Source of the DNA: Rhizaria sp. SCN 62-66
Lineage: Eukaryota
Reading direction: 5' to 3'
NCBI GenBank assembly: GCA_001724265.1
Contig: MEDY01000090.1
Location: forward strand, 1-64,000
DNA: 64,000 nt
Shown here: positions 36,501-49,200 of the stretch, piece by piece
How positions within the stretch are numbered: position 1 is the stretch's first letter
How the letters are laid out: every line of letters begins with the position of its first letter
Translations under genes and position numbers: made by a program
Notes under the pieces: model-generated
Database searches by the model: none
The model's input: only the letters and a program-made list of their open reading frames with translations
What the model was told of the DNA's origin: nothing

Positions 36501-38186
36501 AGCTGACACACCAACACCCACTCTTATCAATCAGAGACTTACATTTGCGATGACGGAAGGACGCGTCCGCGTGAAATCTAAGTAGCTGTGTGACGGTGGG
36601 CTGTTAGCAAGGCGTAAGGGTGTACAAAGGGGGATGATGACGGGAAGGGCCTCGCTCACTCACTACCACAAAGCGACAAAACACACAGATGTTGCTCTGT
36701 CGTGGTGTTGCAAGAGTAAAGAGAGCGAGGCTTGAGAAAGAGAGAGAGACTATGTAACGAATATGTAACGGGGGGTTTGCAGCTAAACTTTTGAGAGATA
36801 GATAAAGTTAAGTTGCAGAAGAAAAAAAAAGAAGTTGGTTGTAATGCCTCCAGAGTCCAAACAAGCACTCGTGGACTTCGTCGTCGATGTTATAAGGAGT
36901 TACATGTAAGCCGAAAGCAGTGGTGTCCAGTCACCGCGATCTAAGTACTCGTTACAACTCGAAGTAAGTCCAAGCGAAGTTGAGGAATCGGAAACATAAC
37001 GCGAAAGGTAAGTGTTGATGTTTGCTTAAGTTCGTTGCTGGTATGAGCAGTCATAGTGTAAGAATAGGCGAGCGAATGTACGCGAAGTGAGGATCAACGA
37101 TGTCCAGTGTAAGTAGTTCGTGGTCGCGAGTCTAAGTGGCGTCAAGTGCACACGACAGCGAGAGTCCCATTTCCCCCTCAATCTTGCCTGCTCAGTTTCT
37201 TCTCGATTCCCTCTAATGTTTGTCACAGTTAATCGGCAAATACAACACAGCGGAGGGTATAAACACACTCACACATCAAGTCGTCAGACAGCGAAATTCA
37301 GCCTCTTTGCGAGTGACTTCACAGCAGCTAATTTTTAACACCACTCAGTCTCCCCCTTGCAGTCAAGCAGCGGCACACCGAGCGAGAACAACGTCACGGA
37401 CACCAACAAAGCAAGTAGCAAGTCGCAGTGTAAAATAGCAGCAGGAAAAGCGCAGAGGCGACGACCCAAGGCGCGTCAGCCCGTTACGGCGACAGCAAGG
37501 CCTCGGGAAGCAGCAGCAACCACGCTTTCCCAGTGCGAACGCGGTGATGATGCTGATTCGCGAGTCACAGCAACAGCGACAGCAGCGGCGGCGAATGTGA
37601 TGGCGGTGGCGGCTGCGTAGCTGTGGGGAAATGTACGTGACGCGTCAGCCGAGGCGACAGCAGGACACTTACATTTCCACAGCACACGCGCGCACACTTA
37701 CACACACATACACACCGCTTACCGAGGATTGTTGTTGCTTCCCGCTTCCAACATCACACGTACTTAGCGAATGCTACAGAGTTGTTGTTGTTCGGATAGT
37801 TCAAGATCGATATTGTCGTCGTTCATGCAAGGCAAGAGTGAGAGAAGTGGTAAAGCAATGCCAAGTTACACAAAAAGAGAGAGATTTCAAGTTCTTGTGA
37901 CGAGAGAGTGAGAGTTGCAGACACCGAGCGTGACAGAGCCAGATTAAGTCATGGATAGAGTTGTGACAGAGAGAGAGGGAACATGAAGAGAATAGAGCTG
38001 AAGAGAGCGAGAGAGGTAGAGACTGCGTCAGTATACACGACAGCAGAACACGAAAAGACACAACAACGAAGCACGAATACAGGGACAAAGCGTCCACAGG
38101 TACGCTCGAATGAACGCCAGAGAAACACTAGATATACAAAGCAAGTTCACAACACGAGTGACAGCTGTGAATGAAGCAAGACTTTC

Positions 38187-38356
38187 CAGTGCGCGCAGTA
38201 TGCACTGTGAAAGGAAAGCCAGTCACAGAATCACTTGGATGCTGACAGTAGAGGAAGACTGAGATTAACAGTGCGCGCAGAATGCACTGTTAAGTACTCT
38301 AATCCTAGTCTAAGTCATTGTTGACATTAGCTTGAGAAGTGCGCGCAGAATGCACT
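38187..38356 (-). repeat. Three copies of a hairpin motif AGTGCGCGCAG(A/T)ATGCACT downstream of the bZIP gene
   Basis: Copies at 38187-38207, 38265-38293 (10-bp stem TTAACAGTGC/GCACTGTTAA) and 38338-38356. Confidence 0.8.
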
Positions 38357-38829
38357 CGTTACATTACATAAAGTCAACAGATCAATCGTGTTTACAGTGC
38401 GTCATTGACATGTTTTCTGAGATTATTAGAAAGCTCGTTCTGTCACTGCGTGTGTTTAATTCGAGCGGCGATAGGTCCAGTCACCGGCCCCTTGACGAAG
38501 TCATCACTCGCACTCGCGCTATTCATTGACGATCGCGCGTTGTCAGTGGGACACGCTTATCAGAGAGCAAGAGGGGTGACACAACAATTTCTTGTCGTGC
38601 CTATATCTCTCTCTCCCTCAAAGCAGTCGCAAACACAAAACAAGCACGAACGAGTCAGCTTTAGCACACGCGAGCGAGGACAGTCAAGCAACGGACACGG
38701 ACGAATCAGCGGCACCCGCACACACACAGCAACACAGAAACGAAGCAAAAAATGTCGCACAAAAAACAAACACTGAAACACACAGAGCATGGCACAGCAG
38801 AATAGCATTAGGCTGGCCTAAGGGGGTAC

Positions 38830-41824
38830 TTAAACGGCGAGGAAGTCCGACCACTCGCACTCACTCTCACCGACATGGCTGTCCTTCTTGCCAGCACCCT
38901 TGTTCGCATTCGCCGTGGCCGCCGCCGCCATCAACAGAGACTGCACAGCAGGAGCAGCAGAGCTGCTGTTGCCGGCAGGAGTCATGGCGGTGTGGTTGGG
39001 AAGGCCGAAGCTGTTGTAGCTGCTCATCATCATCATCGCCATCTGCGGCAGCACCGCGTTCTCAGTCGTGTTGTTGTTATAAGAACTCATGACGGTACTC
39101 GTGACCGGCGCAGCCACGGGCTTCGGGGAGCCGGGCGCGGACGAAGGCGCGGAAGACGGCGCCGACGACGCCACACTGGCACTGGCGCTGGCGCGATTGA
39201 TGTTGCTGTGGGCGGCGGTAGGAGACGCTGGCACACTGTTGACCGGCGTGGACGCCGCGCTATGAGCGGCGGCGGGGGGCAGAGCGAACGAGATGAGGAG
39301 CGAGTCGGCCGTGGGCTTGGCGGACGTAGTGGCGACGAAGCTCACGCTCGACCGAGCGCTCGAGTTGGCGCTTGACTGCGCACTGACACTGGCACTGGCG
39401 GCGTCGCCATCTTCGCTCTCGCTGAAGTAGTCGCTGTTGAGGCTCGCCACACTGGCGCTGGCGCTAGAGCTGGTGGGGGCGGCACGCACGCGCACGTTGC
39501 TCGCGGTGCTGTTGGAGCTCGTGCTCGTGGTGCTCACATGCGAACGAGCGCTGCTGAGGTCCTGGAAGCCAACAAGCGCTGCTGTTGCTGCTGCTGAGCC
39601 ATCAGCCCCGAGACCGTCAGCCCCAAGGCCGCGGCCATGGAGCCCGAGCCCGAGACGGCGATCGAAGTCGGCATCATCGAGGCCAAGCCCGAGCCCAAAA
39701 CCGAGGCCGAGCCCAAGGTTGTGGTTGAGGCCGCTGTGAGCGCTGAGAGGGCCAGCGGCGCCGTGAGGGAGGACACCGGCGTTGTGGTCAAAACCGAGGC
39801 TGCCAGCGTTGTTGCCGCCGTGGTTGTTGAAGCTGGTGTAGCTGCTGAGAGCGAGGAGGGGCCCCGCAGCAAGCTGCTGCTGTTGCTGCTGGCCATGGTA
39901 ATAGCCGGCGGCACTGCCGCTGTTGTCGAGTGCGAGAGAGACAGAGTCAACGGCCGGTGCAGCAGCAGCATTGACGGCGGCAACAGCGCCGAGCTGCTGC
40001 TGCTGCTGGTGCTGGTAGTGCTCGCGCTGGCCGAAGGCGCCGAGAGAGTCGACAGCGCCGTCAGTGCCGGCGACAGCGGCGGGGACGCGGGGGGCGCCGG
40101 CGACAGCGACAGAGGCAGACGGTGAGCCGTTGACGCTGATGCTGAAGCTGGGGCCGGAGCGAGCTGACGCTGCTGCTGTTGCGCCAACAGGGGCGCCAGC
40201 GGCAGAAACGTTGTTGACGCAGACACCGCCGGCGTTGTAGTAATAGCACTGCTGCTGCTGCTGCTGCTGCTGCTGCTTGTTTTCGCAGTGGCGGCTGTCA
40301 TCGCTGTCATCGCTGTCGTCGTCGTCGTCTCCGTAGCTGCTGTGGCCGGCAGCGGCTGACTGCTGCTGCTGGCGGTAGCGCTGGGGGCGGGCGCGGACAC
40401 GGCGCTGCTGACGCTGAGAGGCTTCACCCTGCTGCTGCTGCTGGTTGCTGCCGAGAGAGAAGACAGAGTGAGCGGTGATGCGAGGGACACCAAAGGTGAC
40501 ACCGTTGCTGCCGTGGCCGTGGCCGCTGCCGCGAGCGAGAGTCTGGAGCTGGTGCTGCTGGTGCTGGAGCTGGTAGTGCTGGTGGAGATGTTGTTGTTGG
40601 ACACACGCATCAACAGTTGTGATGGGACAGAGGCCATGGTGTGACCAACAGCAACAGCAGCAGCAGCAGAACCAGCAGAAGCACCGGCCACAGAGGAGCC
40701 AGAGACAGTCGCGTTGGAAGCAGAGTGAGCAGAGGTGTTGTTGGAGTCAGTAGAGGTGGTGTTAGCAGAGCCCTGGACAGGGGCGCTGGGGGTCTCATAG
40801 TACGCAGCAGGGGGAACCGTGCTAGCAGGGACCATGCTAGCAGTGGTGTGGTTGAGGCCGTTAAGAGCAATCACGGTGGCGGCCGAGGCCGGGGGACTGG
40901 AGTTGTACGACGACAAACGCGGCAGCACACCAGACGTCGCCGTCGCAGTTGCGGGGGCGTGGGTGTTTGCGGGGTAAGTTAAGCCGTAGCTGTTGTTGCT
41001 GTTGTAGCCGAGCACCGAGGACGTCGACGCAAGGCCGCCAAACATGCCGCTGTGGGCGACAGTCGCCGCCACAGAGACGTGGTGGTGAGGGTGGGCCTGG
41101 CTTTGGGGCTGCGAATGGGGGTAGCCGAGTGACGCCGAGAGGCCGCTTGCAGCAGGGTGACCGTGGGCAGCGGCCGCAGCAAGGTAGTTCTGGCTCTGAC
41201 TCTGCTGGTGACTCTGGTTGAGAGTCGGGGGTAGCGAGGGCAGGGACGGAGGCGCAAGCCGCACGGGCGGGGGCGGAGTGTTGGCCTCGGGCGCAGAGTG
41301 GGTCGACACCGCAGACGACGGGACGCCGTTGCTCATCGCGCTGCTAGTCGCACCGGCGGACTCGAGGACACCGAAGCGGGCTTCAAGCTCCTTGAGGCGC
41401 GCGCTGAGCTGGACGATGGTGGCGTTGGCATTGTCGAGCTCGCCCTGCAGGGACGTCACCTGCATGCGCTTGCGGCCGCGAGACTCCTGCGCAGCGATGC
41501 GGTTCTGAATCTGGCGACGACGCTTCCTGTGGTTGAGTGGGGGAAGCGTAGAGCAGCACAATCAAGGCGCGAAGAGAAAAAGACAAATACAAAAAGATAT
41601 ATGTAAGTGTTAAGTATTGAAAGAGTGAGGTTTGAGTTCGCCAAATAGTTATGGGGAAGTTGCAGCGAGGTTCTTGGGGAAGGGGTGACGTACTTTTCCT
41701 CAGAGGAGAGCTGGTTGGGCTTCATTTCCAGGAGGCTGCGGTCGTGGTCAGAGAGCTCGAGGATGTCCTCGGGGTCGTCGTCCTCAAACTCACGCAAGCG
41801 GCGGACTTGGCCCGTCGCTGACAT
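38830..41824 (-). CDS. XBP1/HAC1-like bZIP transcription factor; exon 41824-41694, spliceosomal intron 41693-41527; frame A ends TGA at 39534 (~707 aa), frame B ends TAA at 38830 (~937 aa if 14 nt are removed)
   Basis: The spliced basic region LSSEEKKRRRQIQNRIAAQESRGRKR plus leucine zipper resembles XBP1 (LSPEEK..RRKLKNRVAAQTARDRKK). Two overlapping open frames lie downstream. Confidence 0.75.
40590..40655 (-). other. Bifurcated RNA stem-loop; candidate 14-nt unconventional intron 40630-40617
   Basis: Basal stem GTTGCTGTTGGTCACAC/GTGTGTCCAACAACAAC (15 of 17 pairs) encloses the loops CCTCTGT and CAACTGT, at the point where the protein-like frame switches. Confidence 0.5.
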
Positions 41825-42497
41825 GAGTACTGCGTGTTACGGAAGCGCAAAAGAGGCTTGAAGAGAAAGTGGGAAGGGCCTTGGTGTTGCAGGGGAGGCT
41901 TCGTTCGAAAGCGCACGCGGGAAAAGCGGGCAAAAGCTGCGCGTGACAGAAGACAAGATATAAAAATCGGTTGGACTAAGCCGTATCGTATTCTGAAAGT
42001 GCACTGAACAGGAAAATTAAGGACACGTTCGTCGTCATTTACGCATTTTAAGCCGGCACCACATCGCTCAAAGGCGGACCTGGCGGCTTAACTTTGATTC
42101 TGACCACAAACACTTTTTTGTAGCCAGCTGGCTGGCACAGTCGGTCGGTTTGTCTCGGTCGGCTGTTGCCAAGTGCTCTAGACAGACCGGCGAGATGCTT
42201 TTTCATGTAAATGTGACTCTGTGGATCATTTATTTTGTTTATAACTTTTCTTATAGAGCTAAATCGTAACCTTATTGCTATTGATACTATTCGTATGCGC
42301 ACTGACGGAACCCCCTTTGTGCTCTATCCTCTTTTTGCCCTCCCTTGACTTGGTCCCTGCAGCTCGATCCCCGCGGCGCAACACGCGCACCCGCACGCCT
42401 TTCCCTTTGCTCTGCTCCACTTTCACCCCTACTCCCACCTTTGCACTTGCGTAATCCGCCTGTCTGTGCGCCGTCGCCGCGTTTTGTGTTGATTACC

Positions 42498-43111
42498 ATG
42501 CTTCGCGGCGCGACGGCGACTACAACAGCGGTCGTGGGCCGCATTGCTGCCTCAACTCTCCCTGCCACAGCCGCAGCATCAGCCTCCGCCTCCACTTTGA
42601 CGTCAGGGTACTGCTGGCAGCCGCCGCAGCACTCGCGTCAGCCGGCTGAGGCGCTGTCTTATGGCCCCGCCCGCCCCCAGTCGACTTCCCTAACTACTAC
42701 AGCAACAGCGTCCGCTTCTGCAACTGCGGCTGCTCACATCTCAAACTCTGGCTCTCGCTCTAGCTCGAGTTCGAGCTTGAGGTTGGACTCTGACGCTCGC
42801 TCTGACTTTTCTGGTGCTGCTGCTGGTGCTGCTGGTGGTGATGCTCTTGGGGCGTTGCCGTTTGTCGGTGGGAGCGCGATTGGCTGCGGCGCGTTTTCGG
42901 GTTCTAGTGCTCTGTATTTCTCCAAGAGCCACAGCAAGAGCAGCAACGACAACAACAACAACAGCAGCGGCTCGAAAGCTAATGCCAAGCCGAAAGGCGA
43001 TGCCAAGCCGCATACTACTCTGACAGACACTACTCTTACTTGGCGGGATTTCCGGCAGCGGCAGATTGAGAAGCGGCAGCGGCAGCAGCAGGAATAGCAG
43101 TAGCATCAGCA

Positions 43112-43146
<35 letters not shown>

Positions 43147-43262
43147 CGCAGCAGCGTTCTAATTACAGCGCCAACGACAAGCCGCGCGCCGACAACAATC
43201 CAAACAACGCCAACATTCCTGCGCGCTCTCAGCAAAACAGCGCCAGCAACAACCTGAACAGC

Positions 43263-43294
<32 letters not shown>

Positions 43295-46200
43295 CGGAAG
43301 CAAGGTCTCGAGAGCAGCTGTTGCCAGAACTCATGGGACACATGACACGACTGTTGCTGCTTCAGCTGCGATCGTTAGTGCTGTTGGCCGTGTTGAAGTC
43401 GCTAGCAGTCTCGATATCGATGCGACTGACCTGCTTGCAACCTCTCGCCACCGCGCGAATCCCAGTCATACGATTGGCACCGAGAGCCAGATGATCGATG
43501 GCCAGCACTCCGACTCCGACACGGACTGCAACCTCCCCATTAGCACGGGACTGGGCAGTGCGGCTTACAGCAACAGCGGCGACGATATGACTGTGGGTAA
43601 CGCCGTCGCCCGGGTCGCTGTAGACGTCGACGGCGAGGAGTCGGGCGACGATGACGGCGATTTCCTGTCTAACAGCGCTAGAAGTGCGGCTAATAATGCT
43701 GACAGCGACGCTGGGATGAGCGACAGCAATGCTGACTTTGTTGTCGATAACGACATTGTTGTCGATGATGCTGGTGTACTGCTGTCTCACAGTCACGCGT
43801 CACCCCCCGCGAGTACTGGCACGAGACCTGGCACGAGTACCGACGTTGGCGTTGACGCTGACACTGACGCGGACGCTGATCTCGCCGACAGCGACGGTCC
43901 GGACGCCGACACAGACGGCAACGACGATATGCTGATGCTTTCTGACACTGATGACGTCAGCAACTTCGTGCTCCCGCCCCCCGATCACAACGGTATCACT
44001 GGTACGAGCGCTATCAGCGCAAGCAGCGCGGGCGATATGAGTGTCGCTCGCAACCGTGGCAGTGAGAGTGACGGTAATGCCACGAGTGTGAGCAGCGATG
44101 AGGATGACTCAGGTGTTCTACTGAGCAGCATCATCAACAACAGCAACAACAGCAGCAACAGCAACAATAACGCTCCTACTACCAACAACACCACCAACAA
44201 CAATAACAACACTCGTGCTCGGGCTAGTGCGCAAGCTAACGCGCGCGCTGGCGCTGGCACTGGCGGTGGCGGTGCTAACGCTAACGCTAAAGCCAAAGCT
44301 AACACTGGCAAAGCGAATGCCACCGCACGCGCGGGCGCTGGCGTTGGCAATGCAGCGAAGAGCAACAGCACGAACGCTAGCAAAGCTAAGGATGTGAAGA
44401 ACACTTCTTCTGCTCCTGCTGATGCGGGCGCCATCAACGCTGACGTCAATCCCATTCCTAGCTACCCTCAGTCCAGTAACATGCGTTCTAACTACAAGAA
44501 CAGCTCCTCTGGGAGTTTTGTTCGGTCATCACCATCGTCACAGTCGCTGCCTCCGTCATTAGCCGCCCTGGCACAAGCGACCACGCCGTCGCTGTTGACA
44601 CTGTTTAGTTTTGCGTATAATCACGACTCTGGCGCTGCGCCTATGGGAAGTTATAACCCTGCGCTCACACTCTCCCAGGTACGCGGACTTCTATCTTGAC
44701 AAAACACGACATTTAACTGTAAATATTCATTTTTTAACAATATTTCTTTGATATGACATATATTTAACAGCGCAGCATTTTTTCCATCGCTTTAATGCTA
44801 TGAGACTTTATTTCGATGATAATTCACATCAACACTACTTTCCCTCGCTTGACTTGTTTTCTTTGCGGCTACAGGCACAAGTGGCCGCCGCCGCCGCGGC
44901 CGCTGCCGGTTCACAGTCCCCCTATGTCACTGACCCTATGACAACTCCACGGCCTTTCCACCCGGCCCCGGTGCTGTTCACAGTGCCCTCCGCCGCCACC
45001 GCATCAGCCGCCGCCGCCGCCGCCGCCGCAGCCGCTAGCTCTGGCTCTCGTTCTGGCTCGGTGACGGCAGCGACTGCGGTTGATTTCGACGGTGATGTGC
45101 CCCGCGTTGTCCCTCTCGCGACGAAAGAGGGAAGCTCACGTGGCAACTCGCTCGAGATGTGTTTTTTAGGAACTTCCTCGTCCTCCCCCAGTGAGCGCCG
45201 TAACGTCTCCTCTGTCGCGCTCAAGGTTGATTCTGCGGGCACGACGTGGCTGTTTGACTGCGGTGACGGTACACTGCAGCGGCTGCTGATGGCACCGAAT
45301 ATCGGAGTGCAGGACATCACCAAGATCTTCATTTCGCACCACCACTCGGACCACGTGCTCGGTCTCCCACAGGTACGCGCTTTATCCCTCAACAAAACGA
45401 GAGTATTTGCACTTTTCATAATGTCAACGTTGTTAATTTGCATTTGCAACACAATTTCATACCTGGTATAACGACGATATACTCACAAATCCATTTTTTC
45501 CATCCTTTTGTTTCTCGTTGCCTGACTGACTGGCTGACTGACAGGTGATTGTGGCCTGGCAGGCCGTGCTTGGCATTCGCTACAACGTCCCCAAGAGCTA
45601 CCTCACAGCCCCGCCCGTGCACGACCGCCACGCCTCGGACTATACCGGCAGCCTGAGCGGCGCAACGACCGAGGAAACGGTCTCAGCAGCGCTGCAACCG
45701 CGTGGTGCCGACTCGGCGACTGCGCCGGCGAGCGAGCGCCTGCTGAGGATCTACGGCCCGCTCGGCGTCGGCGCGTTCGTGTGGGAGGCGTGTCGTTTCT
45801 CGCGTCCGCGCACGATCGCCGGCGTCGAGTTCCACGAGTTCGTCCCCGCGGGCACGCCGCTCTCGGCGCTGCCGCCGTCTGCGCTGTATAACAACAATCT
45901 GCCTCCGTCGCAGTGTCCGCCAATGCCGCTGCGGTCGAACCCGCTGTACCACGCGTGCCAGACGCATTACAGCATTCGGTACTATTTCGCGGATGAGACA
46001 ACGGATCTATCGCAATGTGTTGTTGAGGCCTCTGTTAATGGGCCACGGGTTGTCGTCCCAGGTACGTCTGAGTCACGTGTTCTCTCTCTATGTTATAACG
46101 CGGCGGCTTAACCTTGTTTACTTTCGTAGTGAAAGTTATCTTTAGTTGTTGCTTTAAGAATGCTTATTGCGGCTTTTTTGAGGATAATGTGCATTGATTT

Positions 46201-49200
46201 AAGCTTATATTGTGCTTCATTTTGTGTTTCTATTGTTGCATTTTGTTCTGTTGTGTTTAGGAATTGCCCCTGTTACTCGGTCGACGCAGTTTACAGCACG
46301 GTAAGTTACTTTCTTGAAAGATTATAATCACAACATTTCATGCTATTTTAGCATGACATGTTTTAAAATTAAACCAACATATTTTAAATCAGACGTCTTT
46401 CGCCCAAGACTCCGATTTTAACGCATGTTCATCTTTGTCACTTTACCTCAACTTTTTTCTCACTCATCATTTGCTTTGTTGTTGTTTTCTTCTGTTTCTG
46501 CTTGCAGGCGCGCCGAGACGACCCCCCCGATCCGGCTATTGTTCGGCGACATCAAAGTCACTGCCGTGGCCGTTCCGCACTCGGCCCCCTCGTGGACCTA
46601 CTCGATCGAAACCGTGCCTTTGTCGCGCATGGAGGCGCGTCGCATCCCGACCGTGAGTACCGGCCCCCACCTGCGCGTGCTGAAACGCGGTCGTAGCATC
46701 ATTGCCCCGGCCGAGCCTTCGATCGAGAAGCTCGTGACGGCGCTCGCGGCGGCTGGCGGGAACGCGGCGGCGATCCCCGATGACGGCCTGCGGCAGTTGT
46801 ACGGGTTTTTGACTGGGGAAAGTGACTGGGCCGCGCATGCCAGTGTCGTGAGGCTCGGCGATTATAGCCCGCAGTCGCTGCGGACGGCGTTTAGGCTGAT
46901 GCCGTTCATGATCCCGGCGTCTGATGAGGCGTTTCAGAGGCTGCGGAGCCAAGGAAGGCTCACAGCCGCGGTGTCAGTGCCGTCAAACTCATCCTATAAC
47001 AAGCAATATCAGTTGCAGCAACAACAGCGAGGCGGTAGCGGCGACGTCACCGTGAACGCCAAGACTAATGTGATTCCGAATCAGACTCCGCGGACGCCGC
47101 CGCCGCTGGTGCCGCCACTCAAGGTCGCTGACGAGAGCACGGCTGCTGTTGTCTGTCACCCTGAGCTTCTGCCGCAAGGTATGTTGCTACATCGCCCTTG
47201 ACCTCATTCCAACAACAAAACACTTTCTATTTTTGTGTGTGTGTTTCTCAATGAAAACTGTTGTTGTTCTTTCTTGTTTTTAGATTATATAGCAAAAATC
47301 GCTCACAATTCGTTTTGTATTTTCCTTACCCTTTTGATTTATGTATGAAATATCTTTATAGGAATGCCTGCATCTCTGGCGCAACACCTCATTTATGTCT
47401 CCGCCGACTCCACCTTAAGCCGCCAAGCGTCTCAAAAGGTCGTTTTATCGTTTGACAACTTCGGTATCAAGTATGCCCATCCTGATGGCATCGCTGCTTG
47501 CGCTAAACCGGATGTTCTCGTCCACGAAAGTACCTATTGCCGCGGTGTCTCAGGTTCCGACGGCCTCGCGATCGCTCGCAGCCACTCAACAGCGCATATG
47601 GCCGGCGAAGCCGCAGCTTTTCTGTCCGCACGCACACTGGTACTCAACCATTTTTCGCTGCGGTACGGCGAGGGGTACTTAGCCGGTGTCAGTGCACAGC
47701 GCCGGTCCGTGATGCTGCGCAACGGCGGTGACGTCATTGAAGCAGCGGCCGGTGACGGGTTTAACTTGGCACGATTTATTCATAAGAAAAGCGAGACTGT
47801 GTCTGACCACGTGCTTGAGGCTGCCGCTGCGGCAGGGTTGTTAGAAGCCAGCGATCTTGTCTCTCCGAACAACGCTCCTGGTGGTGGCGATGCGTCGGCG
47901 TCGAAGGGTTCTTACAATAAGTTCGGCCATCAGGGTAATGGCGCGTACGCAAGCGCTAAGAACAATACCCTTGATTCGAGTGGTGCCGCGTCTAATTCTG
48001 AGGTGACTTACATCGCGTCCAAGGGTGTCTACATGACCGAAGCACAGGCTTTGCAGGAGCTTGAACGTGAGATCAAGACTGAAGCACTCCGCAATGTCAA
48101 AAACACTCTCAGTATCAACACTGCCACCACCAACAGCATCAACGCTATCGTGGATGGCAACGTGCACGCGCACGCGCGTACTGAGGCTCGTGTGCGCTCT
48201 GTCACCGGTGCTGCAGCTAGCGTGCGTGAGGGCGACTTTTTGTTTGATGATAACAAGGACGCCGCCGCTGCGACGACCGACGGCAGCTTCGACCGCATCT
48301 TGGATTCGGACCCAGAGGGCGCGGCCAATGACACCCACAGCTTCACTGACAGCGAGAGTGAGAGTGAGCGCAGTGTATTAGCGCAGAACTTCGCCGATTG
48401 GTACTCCCCTCGTGCTGCTGCGTATTCCGCTATCACTACTCTCAACAACACGTTACTGCTCAAAAACATCGACATCGACGCAACAAACGCCGGCAATAGC
48501 AACAACAACTCCAAAAACGCCGCAGGCGCGTCTATGTACGGTCGGCACAAGCAGCATCGCAATCGCCACTCGGCTCCCAGCCAGCCCAACTACGCGAGCG
48601 CCACGACCGCGCATCTCGTGAGTACCGGTGACAGTGTCATTGATAACTACTTGCTGCCGCCGCTGTCTGCGTCACCGTCGACTCCACCGTCGCTGCTGTT
48701 ATGGTCTTCGCTGCAACAGCAGCAGCTGCATTTACAGCTACAGCAGGCGAGTGCGAGTCGCAGGCAGAGGCGGCTTAACTTCGACGAGACCGATCATCGC
48801 GGCAGTCACCACAGTCTGAGTCTCAGTCGCAGTCTTACACTCAGCAGGCTCGGCCACAGCCACAAGCATGGGCCGCTGCAGCGCCAGAGTGAGCTTGAAG
48901 ACCGTCAGCTTGAGCAAACGCACATGTCGCATATGCTGCAACAGCAGCAAAACTTGTTGCACCAACACCAGCTGATGACACATCAGCATCAACAACAGCA
49001 GCAGCAGTTTCAGCAGCACCAGTTGCATCAGCTTGCGAACCAGTCACCGTCGAGGTCACCGTCTCAGGCTCAGCGTCAGAGTTACTCTCAGTCTCTAACG
49101 CAGTCACCGGCCTTGGCTCCGACACAAACCCCATTGGAGTCTTTGCTGACGTCATCACTGCCTCTGCTGCGCGCGCACCCGCGTTCCCCGACGTTCCGCT

